DNA from: an uncultured Acidimicrobiia bacterium | GTDB taxonomy: Bacteria > Actinomycetota > Acidimicrobiia > IMCC26256 > JAENVU01 | Reading direction: 5' to 3' | DNA length: 64,000 nucleotides | Assembly: GCA_963770095.1 (NCBI GenBank) | Contig: CAVYOO010000003.1 | Coordinates: 594,382-658,381, forward strand | Part shown: positions 39,329 through 48,581 of the stretch, piece by piece | Position numbering within the stretch: position 1 is the first letter of the stretch | Layout of the letters: each line of letters begins with the position of its first letter | The notes under the pieces: model-generated | Databases searched by the model: none | Seen by the model: the letters and a program-made list of their open reading frames with translations, nothing else | What the model was told of the DNA's origin: nothing | Translations under genes and position numbers: made by a program

Positions 39329-40171
39329 GTGCCGGTGCGCCATCTCCCGCCGACCGCGACGGTCGATGAAGTGAGCGAGGTCCTCCACGCGGACGGCTGT
39401 GTCGTGATCGACCAGCTGGCCGAACCAGCGCGGCTCGACCGGCTCGAGTCCGAGCTCGCGCCGTTCATGGCCAACACGCCGTACGGCGACGACTTCAGCG
39501 GTCACCAGACCCGGCGCACCGGCGGACTGGTCGCCCGCGCGCCGGCGTCGCACGAGCTGATCATGCACCCGACCGTCACGGGGGCCGTCGGCTCGGTGCT
39601 CGGACACGCGACCGCGTTCCAGCTCCACCTGACCCAGGTGATCAGCATCGAGCCGGGCCAGGCGGCGCAGTACATCCATCGGGACCAGTGGGCGTTCGAC
39701 TTCTTCGAGTTCCCGGCCGGCTACGAGGTCACGTGCAACACGATCTGGGCGATGAGCGACTTCACCGCGGAGAACGGCGGAACCCGGCTCATTCCCGGCA
39801 GCCACCGCTTCGACGACAAGCTGAAGTTCACCGAGGACGACACCGAAGCGGCCGAGATGACCAAGGGTTCGGTGCTCATCTACACCGGGGCGCTCTACCA
39901 CGGGGGCGGGCCGAACACCACGGACGCGGCGCGCAATGGCGTGAACATCACGTACTGCGTCGGCTGGCTGCGCCAGGAGGAGAACCAGTACCTCTCCGTA
40001 CCTGCCGAAGTCGCCCGCGATCTTCCGGATGACCTCCTGCGCATGATCGGCTACGCGCCCGGCGCGTACGCGCTCGGCTACGTCGACGATCTCCGGGATC
40101 CGATCGCGGTGCTCCGCGGCGGTGGGCCCGAGTCGAGCTTCGGGCCCGCAGGTGTCACCCCCCGCCCGTAG
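39329..40171 (+). CDS. Phytanoyl-CoA dioxygenase (PhyH) family Fe(II)/2-oxoglutarate oxygenase
   Basis: HRDQ...TRLIPGSHRF...YHGGGPN pattern (HxD...H facial triad plus R). Start uncertain; GTGs at 39293, 39329 and 39335. Confidence 0.7.
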   Translation: MPVRHLPPTATVDEVSEVLHADGCVVIDQLAEPARLDRLESELAPFMANTPYGDDFSGHQTRRTGGLVARAPASHELIMHPTVTGAVGSVLGHATAFQLHLTQVISIEPGQAAQYIHRDQWAFDFFEFPAGYEVTCNTIWAMSDFTAENGGTRLIPGSHRFDDKLKFTEDDTEAAEMTKGSVLIYTGALYHGGGPNTTDAARNGVNITYCVGWLRQEENQYLSVPAEVARDLPDDLLRMIGYAPGAYALGYVDDLRDPIAVLRGGGPESSFGPAGVTPRP

Positions 40172-40175
40172 CGAG

Positions 40176-40928
40176 ATGCGCGACTGGGGTTTGGTTGCGC
40201 CCTCGGAGCTGGCGCGGATCGTCGTGGTGTCTCCACACCTGGACGACGCGGTGCTCGGTTGCGGGCGCCTGCTGGCCGTCCACCCGAACGCGACCGTCGT
40301 CACCGTCTACGCGGGCGCACCGTCGCCGTACCCCGACCCGCCGACGCACTGGGACACGCTCTCGGGGTTCGGGTCGGGTGACGACGTGCTGGCCCGGCGC
40401 CGCCGCGAGGACGAGAGTGCACTCGCCGAGCTGGGCGCGACACCGGTCTGGCTGGACTTCGTCGAGCACCAGTACCTCGACCGGACGGACTGGGTAGGAG
40501 CGGACGAGACCGTGGACGCTCTCGAAGCCGCGGTGCGCGACGCCGCGCCGACGGCCGTCTTCATGCCGTTCGGGCTCGCGAACCCCGACCACACCGCGAC
40601 CCACGATGCGGCCCGGGCGGTGCGGGAGCGCTTCGAGGATCCCGCGTGGTTCTGCTACCAGGACATGGGCTACCAGCACATCCCCGGCCTGCTCGCGTGG
40701 CGGGTCTCGCAGCTGTTCCGGGCGGAGATCTGGCCCACCCCGGTTGCCCCGACGGTCGATCACGGCGCCGAGCGCAAGTCTTGCGCGCTCGCGCACTACG
40801 CGTCGCAGCTGCGCGCGCTCGAAACCGACTGGCAGCTCGGGCCGAAGCTCGAGGCGCCGGCCCCCGAGCAGTTCTGGCGGCTCGCGCCACCACCCCCCGG
40901 ATGGGAGGGCCTGACGCGGGCGGGGTAA
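40176..40928 (+). CDS. PIG-L/LmbE-family N-acetylglucosaminyl deacetylase
   Basis: IVVVSPHLDDAVLGCG (PHxDD), HPDH-like NPDHTATH motif. Confidence 0.75.
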   Translation: MRDWGLVAPSELARIVVVSPHLDDAVLGCGRLLAVHPNATVVTVYAGAPSPYPDPPTHWDTLSGFGSGDDVLARRRREDESALAELGATPVWLDFVEHQYLDRTDWVGADETVDALEAAVRDAAPTAVFMPFGLANPDHTATHDAARAVRERFEDPAWFCYQDMGYQHIPGLLAWRVSQLFRAEIWPTPVAPTVDHGAERKSCALAHYASQLRALETDWQLGPKLEAPAPEQFWRLAPPPPGWEGLTRAG

Positions 40929-40972
40929 CCGCCTACTCTCTGCACAGGTCGTGCAAACCGGGGGGAACACGA

Positions 40973-42328
40973 ATGACAGTGCAGGGGATGTCCGGCTCCG
41001 ACGTCGGGCGCCGCAGTCCGCGGCCGACGAGCGTCGGCACGGTGCTTCGCTGGGTGGTCGCGGCACTGATGCTCGGATCGGGCGCGATCCACTTCGCCAT
41101 GATGGGCGAGCACGCCGGCGTCTCGTGGACGCACGGACTGTTCTTCGCCACTGCGGGCTGGTTGCAGCTCGGGCTGGCGGCGATGATCGGCTTCCGTCCG
41201 ACGAAGCCGGTCATCACCCTCGGTGTCGTGCTCAACGTCGCGCTGCTCACGGTGTGGGTGCTCACGCGCACCGTCGGCATCGCGATCGGTGGTGACGGCA
41301 CCCCCGAGGCATGGGGAAACGTCGACGGGCTGTGCGCGGCCTTCGAAGGGCTCGCCATCGTCGCCAGCGCGGGATTGCTGAGCACGAACATCAGCCGCCG
41401 TCCGCTCAGTGCCGGTGTCGGGTTCGCGGGTGTCGGCGTGCTCCTCGTGGCCGTCGCGGTGCTTACGAGCGTCATCTTCAGCCCCGCAGCCGTGACGGTC
41501 AGCGCGAGTGGGATCAGTGCGGACGGTCACGACCACGGCACCGGGGGCGAGACTGCGGCCGGCGAACACGTCCACTCGGCACCGATCGGCCCCGCGGGGC
41601 TGATCGATACCGGCAACGGGTTCATCGTCACCGGCGCGCTGACCGGCGACTCACCGTGCGAGCGTTCCGGCCCACCGGCGTCGGCCGGCCAGACCGGCAA
41701 GGACGCCGAGGGCCACGACCATCGTGGTCCGTTCAAGCAGACACCCTTGACCCAAGAGGAGACGGTGGCGCTCGAGGCCCAGCAGGCCCAGGCCCGCGCG
41801 GTGGCGCTCAAGTACCCGACGGTGGCTTCCGCCGAGGCGGCCGGGTATCGCAGGTCAACCGTGTACGTGCCGTGCATCGGCGCGCACTACACCAACGTGG
41901 GGCTGGTCGCCCGGTTCGATCCGGGCGCCCCGTCGGAGCTGCTCTTCGACGGCACGACCCCGGACGCGAAGATCGTGGGCCTCAGCTATCTGTTGGTCCA
42001 CGTCGGACCACCTGAGGGCTTCGCGGGGCCGAACGACCGCTGGCACCAGCACAACCTGAACGGCGGCCTCTGCATGAAGGGCGGCGAGGTCATCGGGGCC
42101 GAGTCGACGAGCAAGAAGGAGTGCGAGGCCCGGGGTGGAGCGAAGGCTGCGCTCGACAACATCTGGATGGTCCACGACTGGATCGTTCCCGGTTGGGAGT
42201 GCGGGTGGGGCGTCTTCGCCGGCGAGTGCCCCGAGCTCGGTGGTCGTACCGGCGGCACTGCTTGGGACACGCCCGATCCGCGACTGGCCGGGCAGGTCTC
42301 GGTTCAGGGCGAGGCCGCCGGCAAGTAG
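40973..42328 (+). CDS. Membrane protein: 4-TM N-terminal domain plus His-rich linker plus Cys/Trp-rich extracytoplasmic C-terminal domain (unknown)
   Basis: ATG with GGGGGGAA upstream. TM helices, GHDHGTGGETAAGEHVHS and EGHDHRGP His clusters. C-terminal HQHNLNGGLCMKGG...CEARGG...WECGWGVFAGEC. Confidence 0.55.
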   Translation: MTVQGMSGSDVGRRSPRPTSVGTVLRWVVAALMLGSGAIHFAMMGEHAGVSWTHGLFFATAGWLQLGLAAMIGFRPTKPVITLGVVLNVALLTVWVLTRTVGIAIGGDGTPEAWGNVDGLCAAFEGLAIVASAGLLSTNISRRPLSAGVGFAGVGVLLVAVAVLTSVIFSPAAVTVSASGISADGHDHGTGGETAAGEHVHSAPIGPAGLIDTGNGFIVTGALTGDSPCERSGPPASAGQTGKDAEGHDHRGPFKQTPLTQEETVALEAQQAQARAVALKYPTVASAEAAGYRRSTVYVPCIGAHYTNVGLVARFDPGAPSELLFDGTTPDAKIVGLSYLLVHVGPPEGFAGPNDRWHQHNLNGGLCMKGGEVIGAESTSKKECEARGGAKAALDNIWMVHDWIVPGWECGWGVFAGECPELGGRTGGTAWDTPDPRLAGQVSVQGEAAGK

Positions 42329-42343
42329 CGAACGGGTGCGCCG

Positions 42344-43082
42344 CTACGGCGCGCCCGACCAGAGTCGTTCGAGGACCGCGGCCGAGTCCTGCCGCGCGCG
42401 CCCACGGCCACCAATGGCCGCAGTCGTCGAAGACGACGAGCTCGGCGCCGATCCGGCGAGCGAGTCGCTCGCCGAACTCCGGGGTCACGAACGGATCGTC
42501 GCGGCCCCACAGCACCGCCGCGGGTCGCTCGGGCATCGCCGCAACCGCGTCCTCCCACTCGTCGCCGACGGTGACGGCCGAGCGGTAGAGCTCGAGGATG
42601 CAGTCGGCCATCGTCCGGTCGAGATGCGCCGCCTGCTCCGTGGCGAGATCAGCCGGCGCGCCGGCGGCGGTCATGCCGGCCGCGAGATCCGCCGCCGGGA
42701 GCTCCAGCATCCCCGCGACGACCTCCTCACCGACCTCGGGCGTCTGCCAGGCCTGGGCCATCGCGTGCCACTCGTACGCGCGGTCGACCGGTCCGCTCCC
42801 GCAGGCGAGGGTGCGGATCAGCTCGGGTTGGGTCGACGCGACCCGCTGGACCAGCAGCGCACCCCAGTCGTGGCCGACCAGATCGACGGGCGTGCCAATG
42901 GCGCGCAGCCGGTCGACGATCCACGCCGCATAGTCCTCCTTGGTCGCACCCCATCCGTCGGGAGGCGGAGTCCCGAAGCCGGGCAGCTCGAGGGCGATGA
43001 CGTCCTGGCGCTGCAGGTGCGCCCGCAACGGTGCCCACATCGAAGCGGTGTCGGGTACGCCGTGGACGAGGACTGCGGGCAT
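42344..43082 (-). CDS. Alpha/beta hydrolase; frameshift near 42375 (true C-terminus ...DSAAVLERLWSGAP*)
   Basis: HGVPDTASMW...LVGHDWGALL nucleophile region, DDCGHWWPW His. Listed ORF runs on to 42090 because the frame is lost. Confidence 0.6.
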
Positions 43083-43088
43083 CGCGAT

Positions 43089-43802
43089 CTACGCGATCGG
43101 GGACCACGTCGACGTGCGAAGCAGGCGGCTCTCCCAGTCGTCACGCACGTTGAGGGCGTCGTGCATCCAGGTTCCGGGGGCGCGGTGCTCGGCAGGGATC
43201 TCGCTGGTGAGCAGGCCGAGGATTCCGGCCGGCTTCGTGACCCGCTGCCAGAGGATGACCTCCCGTCGCCGCGCGCTCGTACCCCACGCGGGCGTGAGCA
43301 CCGCTTCGAGCTCGAGCAGCGACCGTCCACCGTGACGCCCGTCGGCGAGGCTCGGCGCGTAGTTGTCGCGAGCGGCCTCGAGGTACTCCTCCATCTTCCC
43401 GGCGTGGGGCCAGGCGGTGTCCTCCATGAAGAGGGTGGGGTCGTGCTCGTCACCGCCGGTCGGAACGTTCTCGAGGTCGACAGCCTGGAGCGGTGACCAT
43501 TCCACCGGCATCAAGATCTTGCTCGTCACGTCGTGGCGCATCGTGTCGACCTTGGTCATCCACTCTCGCAGGTCGCCCCGGCGCGTCCGCTCGGCGAGAC
43601 GTTCCCAGGCCGCGCCGTCGGTGATCGCGGTGAGGGTGATCATGTTGTACGCCCGCCCGGTGCCGTGAGCGTGCCTCGCGAAGTACAGCAGCCGCGTGTC
43701 GGCGGTCTGCGCGAGCGTCGGCATCCACACTTCGCGGTACGCACGCTCGAACGCGTCCTCGTGCAGCCCCATCACGCGGTGAATCTCGTGCACGAACAAC
43801 AT
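43089..43802 (-). CDS. Hypothetical protein (NIPSNAP/dimeric alpha-beta-barrel-like)
   Basis: 237 aa, high GC3, intact. Confidence 0.5.
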   Translation of the reverse strand: MLFVHEIHRVMGLHEDAFERAYREVWMPTLAQTADTRLLYFARHAHGTGRAYNMITLTAITDGAAWERLAERTRRGDLREWMTKVDTMRHDVTSKILMPVEWSPLQAVDLENVPTGGDEHDPTLFMEDTAWPHAGKMEEYLEAARDNYAPSLADGRHGGRSLLELEAVLTPAWGTSARRREVILWQRVTKPAGILGLLTSEIPAEHRAPGTWMHDALNVRDDWESRLLRTSTWSPIA

Positions 43803-43954
43803 GGTCGGGATTTTGCCAGACCGGCGATCGACGTGCCTCGCCGACGGTCGCTACGATGCGCGAGACGGTCTGATGAATGCGGCATTACTCCATTTCGGCG
43901 GCGTTGCGACCGGCAGGGCACGCTGGGCCGGGGCAGTGGACGAAGGGACGGGAC

Positions 43955-45001
43955 ATGCTGGTTGCCGCGCTGCGGGACCTGCAATGGCGCAGGCGCAGGT
44001 TTCTGATCGCGGTGCTCGGAACCGCGCTCGTCTTCTCGATGACGTTGGTGTTGGCCGGGCTCTCCGCTGCATTCGTCAACGAGGTCGACCGGACCATTGG
44101 GACCACCGGTGCGGATGATTGGGCGATCGCCGAAGGCGCGACCGGCCCGTTCAACTCGTCGGCCGTTCTTCCGGTGGGGACGCTCGCCACCGCGCGTCGC
44201 CTTCCCGGGGTGCAAGGCGCGGATCCGTTCGTCGCCATCGGCGCCACGATCCCGGGCGACACTCCGAAGCACGTGACGATGATCGGTGCGGTCCCCGGCG
44301 GCGTCGGCAGTCCCAAGGTCGACGACGGCCACGCGCCGCGTGAACCCGGGGAGGTCGCCGTCGGGAGCCGGCTGGGCAAGGACATCGGCGACACGGTGCA
44401 GATCGGCACCAAGCAGCTGAAGGTCGTCGGCGTCGTTGACGGGTCGGGGCTCTACGGCGGCATGCCCAACGTGTTCCTCACCCTGAAGGACGTGCAGGCC
44501 CTGACCTTTGGCGGCGCGCCGCTCTTCACTTCGATCGCCCTCCGCGGAACCCCGCGGGGTGAGATCTCGGGCGCACGGATCGTCACGATCAGCGACACGA
44601 AGCAAGATCTGCTGCAGTCGCTCGGCGCCGGTCGCCAGACGATCAACTTCGTGGGCGTCCTCCTTGCCATCGTGGCGGCGTGCATCGTCGGCTCGGTGAT
44701 CTACCTGTCCGCGCTGGAGCGGGTACGGGACTTCGCGGTCTTCAAGGCGACGGGAACCGGCACTCCGGCCTTGCTCGGTGGCTTGGCGGTGCAGGCCATG
44801 ATCGTGTCGCTCGTCGCGGCGGTGATCGGCGCCCTCCTCGCGTTGTTGCTGGCGCCGAGGTTCCCCATGCCCGCGGAGATACCCGCCGTCGCGTTCGCGG
44901 TGCTGCCGATCGTGGCGGTTGTCGTCGGCGCGCTGGCCAGCCTCGCCGGGTTGCGCCGAGCTATCACGGTCAGTCCCACGCTCGCGTTCGGCGGTGCGTG
45001 A
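43955..45001 (+). CDS. ABC transporter permease, FtsX/MacB-like
   Basis: N-terminal TM, large periplasmic domain, C-terminal 3-TM FtsX module (INFVGVLLAIVAACIVGSVIYLSALERVRDFAVFKATG). Confidence 0.8.
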   Translation: MLVAALRDLQWRRRRFLIAVLGTALVFSMTLVLAGLSAAFVNEVDRTIGTTGADDWAIAEGATGPFNSSAVLPVGTLATARRLPGVQGADPFVAIGATIPGDTPKHVTMIGAVPGGVGSPKVDDGHAPREPGEVAVGSRLGKDIGDTVQIGTKQLKVVGVVDGSGLYGGMPNVFLTLKDVQALTFGGAPLFTSIALRGTPRGEISGARIVTISDTKQDLLQSLGAGRQTINFVGVLLAIVAACIVGSVIYLSALERVRDFAVFKATGTGTPALLGGLAVQAMIVSLVAAVIGALLALLLAPRFPMPAEIPAVAFAVLPIVAVVVGALASLAGLRRAITVSPTLAFGGA

Positions 45002-45996
45002 TGCCCGAGCTCGAGATCAGCGATCTCGTCGTCGAGTACTCGACTGGCGGCTACGCGGTGCGCCCGATCGACGGGCTGTCCGTGCGATGCGAACCCGGCG
45101 AGCTCGTGTTGCTCCTGGGGCCGAGCGGGTGTGGCAAGACCACCTTGCTGTCCTGCCTCGGGGGGATCCTCACGCCGACCGAAGGCCGGATCTCGTTCGG
45201 TGAAGTGACCGTCACCGGTCTTGAGGGCGCGCAGCTCACGGAGTACCGACGCAACACGGTGGGCATCGTGTTCCAGGCGTTCAACCTCGTCCCGAGCCTC
45301 ACGGCGCTGGAGAACGTCGAGGTGCCGCTGCGGGCCGCGAAGATCCCGCGTGCGCAGCGCCGGGCGCACGCGACGGCGCTGCTCGAGCAGGTTGGCCTGG
45401 GCGAGCGGATGCAGCACCGACCCGGTGACATGTCCGGGGGTCAGCAGCAACGGGTGGCGATCGCGCGTGCGCTCGCGCTCGACCCGCCATTGCTCCTCGC
45501 CGACGAACCCACCGCGCACCTCGACTACATCGCGGTGGAGGAGATCCTGCGCCTCCTCCGGGATCTGGCGTCGGGTGAGCGAGTCGTCGTGATCTCCACC
45601 CATGACCAGCGCATGCTGCCCCTGGCCGATCGTGTCGTCGAGCTCGTCCCGCAGTTCGGCCAGGCCGAGGGGGGCGAACCGGAGGTCGTCGAGCTGGCGG
45701 CCGGCGAGGAGCTCTTCGCCCAGGGCTCCTTCGGCGAGCTGATCTACATGCTCGAGGCGGGTGAGATCGAGATCCTGCGTCGGCTCGAGGACGGCCGGTG
45801 GGAATCTCGGGCGACGCTCGGCGCCGGTCGCTACTTCGGCGAGATCGGCCCGTTGTTCGGCATGCCCCGTTCCGCGAGCGCACGCGCGAAGACCGCGGCT
45901 CGGGTTACCGGATACTCGGTCCGGGACTTCCGCCAGCGCATCGGTCCGCAGGGGATGGGAGACCTGCTCTCCCAAGCGGGTGACTCACCCGCGTAG
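45001..45996 (+). CDS. ABC ATP-binding protein (MacB/LolD-type) fused to C-terminal cyclic-nucleotide-binding-like domain
   Basis: Overlaps the permease stop (TGATG). GPSGCGKTT, MSGGQQQRVAIARAL, LLLADEPT. C-terminal GEELFAQGSFGELIYMLEAGEIEIL...RYFGEIGPLFGMPRSASARA resembles a cNMP-binding fold. Confidence 0.8.
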   Translation: MPELEISDLVVEYSTGGYAVRPIDGLSVRCEPGELVLLLGPSGCGKTTLLSCLGGILTPTEGRISFGEVTVTGLEGAQLTEYRRNTVGIVFQAFNLVPSLTALENVEVPLRAAKIPRAQRRAHATALLEQVGLGERMQHRPGDMSGGQQQRVAIARALALDPPLLLADEPTAHLDYIAVEEILRLLRDLASGERVVVISTHDQRMLPLADRVVELVPQFGQAEGGEPEVVELAAGEELFAQGSFGELIYMLEAGEIEILRRLEDGRWESRATLGAGRYFGEIGPLFGMPRSASARAKTAARVTGYSVRDFRQRIGPQGMGDLLSQAGDSPA

Positions 45997-46008
45997 TTGG
46001 AGCGCGGA

Positions 46009-47139
46009 CTACAGGCGTTCGACGAGCCAGTCGATCGCCTGCGTCAATGTCGCGACGTCTTCGGGCTCGATCGCGGGGAAGGTGCCGATCCGGAGCTGGT
46101 TGCGACCCAGCTTGCGGTACGGCTCGGTGTCGAGGATGCCGTTGTCGCGCAACGCCTGCGCCAGCGCCTTGGCATCGACTGCCTCGTCGAAGTCGATCGT
46201 CGCGGTCACATGGCTGCGCTCGTCGGGCTTCTCGACGAACGGCGTGGCGAAGGAGCTGGCCTCGGCCCAGCCGTAGAGGGTCTCTGCGCTCCGATCGCAC
46301 CGGGACGCGCACCACTCGAGGCCGCCATTGCCGAGCATCCAGTCGATCTGGTGCGCGAGGAGGAAGAGGGTGGCCAGCGCGGGTGTGTTGTAGGTCTGGT
46401 CGAGGCGGGACTGCTCGAGCGCGATCCCGAGGTCCAGACTCGGCGGGACCCACCGACCCGTCGCGGTGATCCGCTCGATGCGAGCGATTGCGGCGGGGGA
46501 GCAGGCCGCGAGCCACAACCCACCGTCACTGCCGAAGCACTTCTGCGGCGCGAAGTAGTAGACGTCGGCCTGCGTGGCGTCGAAGCGGAGACCACCGGCG
46601 CCGGACGTCGCGTCGACCAGCACCAGCTGATCCGCGGTCATGTCTTCGGGCCGGCGGACGTCGAGCATCACGCCCGTCGACGTCTCGTTCTGCGGGAAGC
46701 AGTACGCGTCGACGACATCCGACGCCACGGGCAGTGGGTGGGTGCTCGGCGGGCTTTCGATCACTTCGGGGTCGTCGAGGTGCGGCGCGTTTCGCGTGAC
46801 TGCGGCGAACTTGGAGGAGAACTCGCCGAACACGAGGTGTTGACTGCGTCGCTCGATGAGACCGAGCGCCGCGGAGTCCCAGAATGCCGTCGTGCCCCCG
46901 TTGCCGAGCAGGACCTCGTAGCCGTCGGGCAGCTGGAAGAGGTCCTGGATCCCGTCGCGCACCCGGGCCACGACCGAACGGACCGCCGGGCGCCGGTGCG
47001 AGGTTCCCATGTAGTCGGGTGCGGCCTCGACGAGCGCGGCGACGGCGGCGGCCCGGACCTTCGAGGGGCCGGACCCGAACCGGCCGTCGGCGGGGCGGAG
47101 ATCGGCGGGGAGCACGAGTGCTGGGGGTGTGGGCGTCAC
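46009..47139 (-). CDS. serC: Phosphoserine aminotransferase (actinobacterial type)
   Basis: RFGSGPSKV...YYFAPQKCFGSDGGLWL (PLP lysine region), ...TPFVE. 376 aa intact. Confidence 0.85.
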   Translation of the reverse strand: MTPTPPALVLPADLRPADGRFGSGPSKVRAAAVAALVEAAPDYMGTSHRRPAVRSVVARVRDGIQDLFQLPDGYEVLLGNGGTTAFWDSAALGLIERRSQHLVFGEFSSKFAAVTRNAPHLDDPEVIESPPSTHPLPVASDVVDAYCFPQNETSTGVMLDVRRPEDMTADQLVLVDATSGAGGLRFDATQADVYYFAPQKCFGSDGGLWLAACSPAAIARIERITATGRWVPPSLDLGIALEQSRLDQTYNTPALATLFLLAHQIDWMLGNGGLEWCASRCDRSAETLYGWAEASSFATPFVEKPDERSHVTATIDFDEAVDAKALAQALRDNGILDTEPYRKLGRNQLRIGTFPAIEPEDVATLTQAIDWLVERL

Positions 47140-47148
47140 CCGGCGAGC

Positions 47149-47817
47149 CTATTCGGTGAGGTCCTCACCATCTCCGGTTGTTTCCTCGTACCACCGGGGC
47201 CGGTGCGTCCGGGCCCATCGGGCGCTGATCGTCCCGCGCCACATCGCCCGCAGCGCCTCACCGTCCGCGAACGCGAACCAGATGTGGCCGAGCACCGCGA
47301 TCCAGATGAAGAAGGCGAACCAGTCGTGGACGAACGTCGCGCCGGTCCGCACGTCGATGGGGAACGGATCGAACCAGTGCATGATCGAACCGGTCGCGAC
47401 CATGACCAGCGCAGCCGCGACGACGAACGCCGCGTTCAGCTTCTGACCGGCGTTGAACTTGCCCAGCCGGACCTGCTTGTCGCGGCCCATCGTGACGAAC
47501 CACCGCTTGTCGTCCTTGCTCCAACGGTTGATGCGGCTGAAGTCCCGTCGCAGCGCCCGTCCCCAACGCGGGGCGAAGGCGACGAGGAACGCGACCGGGA
47601 TCGCGAGCCCGCAGTAGACGTGGATGAAGCGGACGATCTCGCGGTTGCCGAACAGGACGGACAGCTGGCCGATGTAGAGGATCGAGCCGGTCAGCATCAC
47701 CATGCCGAACAGGGCTGCGTTCACCCAGTGCGCGATGCGCTCGACCCGGTCGAAGCGAAGGATCGGGGTCTCGGGCGGGAGGCCGCCGGCGTCAGGTGGC
47801 TTGGTCGTCGCGACCAT
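47149..47817 (-). CDS. Cytochrome b-type membrane subunit (bacterial cytochrome b561/Ni-hydrogenase b-like)
   Basis: FDRVERIAHWVNAALFGMVMLTGSILY...RFIHVYCGLAIP...AGQKLNAAFV...FVHDWFAFFIWIAVLGHIW: 4 TM with conserved His. Confidence 0.7.
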   Translation of the reverse strand: MVATTKPPDAGGLPPETPILRFDRVERIAHWVNAALFGMVMLTGSILYIGQLSVLFGNREIVRFIHVYCGLAIPVAFLVAFAPRWGRALRRDFSRINRWSKDDKRWFVTMGRDKQVRLGKFNAGQKLNAAFVVAAALVMVATGSIMHWFDPFPIDVRTGATFVHDWFAFFIWIAVLGHIWFAFADGEALRAMWRGTISARWARTHRPRWYEETTGDGEDLTE

Positions 47818-48490
47818 TCGACCTCCCGACCCATGCGTCGACGTCGTAGCCGTAGTGCTGCCAGTACCCCGGGAAGACCTCGGCGGTCACCTCGATCGTG
47901 TCGAGCCACTTGATCGACTTGTAGCCGTACATCGGCGCGACGTAGAGGCGCGCCGGACCTCCGTGCTCGGCGGAGATGTCGTCGCCCTCGAGCTTGTACG
48001 CGACGATCACATCCTTCCGGCGCGCCTGGCTCATCGTGAGGCTCTCGGTGTACGCGCCGTCGAAGCTCTTGAACCGGATCGCCTTGCCTTCGGGCTTCAC
48101 GCCGGCGCGGTCGAGGAGGTCGCTCAGCAGGACCCCCTTCCACTTGACGTCGTGCACCCGCCAGCCGGTGACGCACTGGAAGTCCCGGGTCAGCCGGGTG
48201 GGCGGGAGGGCGGTCAGCTCGTCGTAGGTCAGGGTGTACGGCTGGTCGACGAGCCCCTCGACCCTGAGCTTGTACTCGGCCTTGCTCCGGTCGGGCAGGT
48301 CGCCGGTGACCGTGTAGATCCGGAACCGGCCGATCGGGAGGAAGGCCGACAGGCCGGTGCCGTCCTTCGCGACGAGGGGCGCCACCGCGTTCTCGAGCCA
48401 GTCCTGGGCCTTGGCGCCCCAGAGCACCCCCGCGGCGCCCACGCCGAGCACCCCGAGAAACACCCGGCGCCCGATCGGCGTGCCATCCAT
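47792..48490 (-). CDS. Tat-secreted molybdopterin-dependent oxidoreductase (sulfite-oxidase fold, MsrP/YedY-like)
   Basis: Tat motif GRRVFLGVLGVGAAG. FQCVTGWRVHDVKWKGV and AEHGGPARLYVAPMYGYKSIKWL are hallmark Mo-domain motifs. Confidence 0.8.
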   Translation of the reverse strand: MDGTPIGRRVFLGVLGVGAAGVLWGAKAQDWLENAVAPLVAKDGTGLSAFLPIGRFRIYTVTGDLPDRSKAEYKLRVEGLVDQPYTLTYDELTALPPTRLTRDFQCVTGWRVHDVKWKGVLLSDLLDRAGVKPEGKAIRFKSFDGAYTESLTMSQARRKDVIVAYKLEGDDISAEHGGPARLYVAPMYGYKSIKWLDTIEVTAEVFPGYWQHYGYDVDAWVGRSNGRDDQAT

Positions 48491-48581
48491 GCCCGCCAGC
48501 GTAGGACCCCTCCCCGCCACCGCACCGTCGCCGCGGCGAGTGTTTCGCACTTCGAAAGATCCTCTTCCCGGCTGGTTGGGG

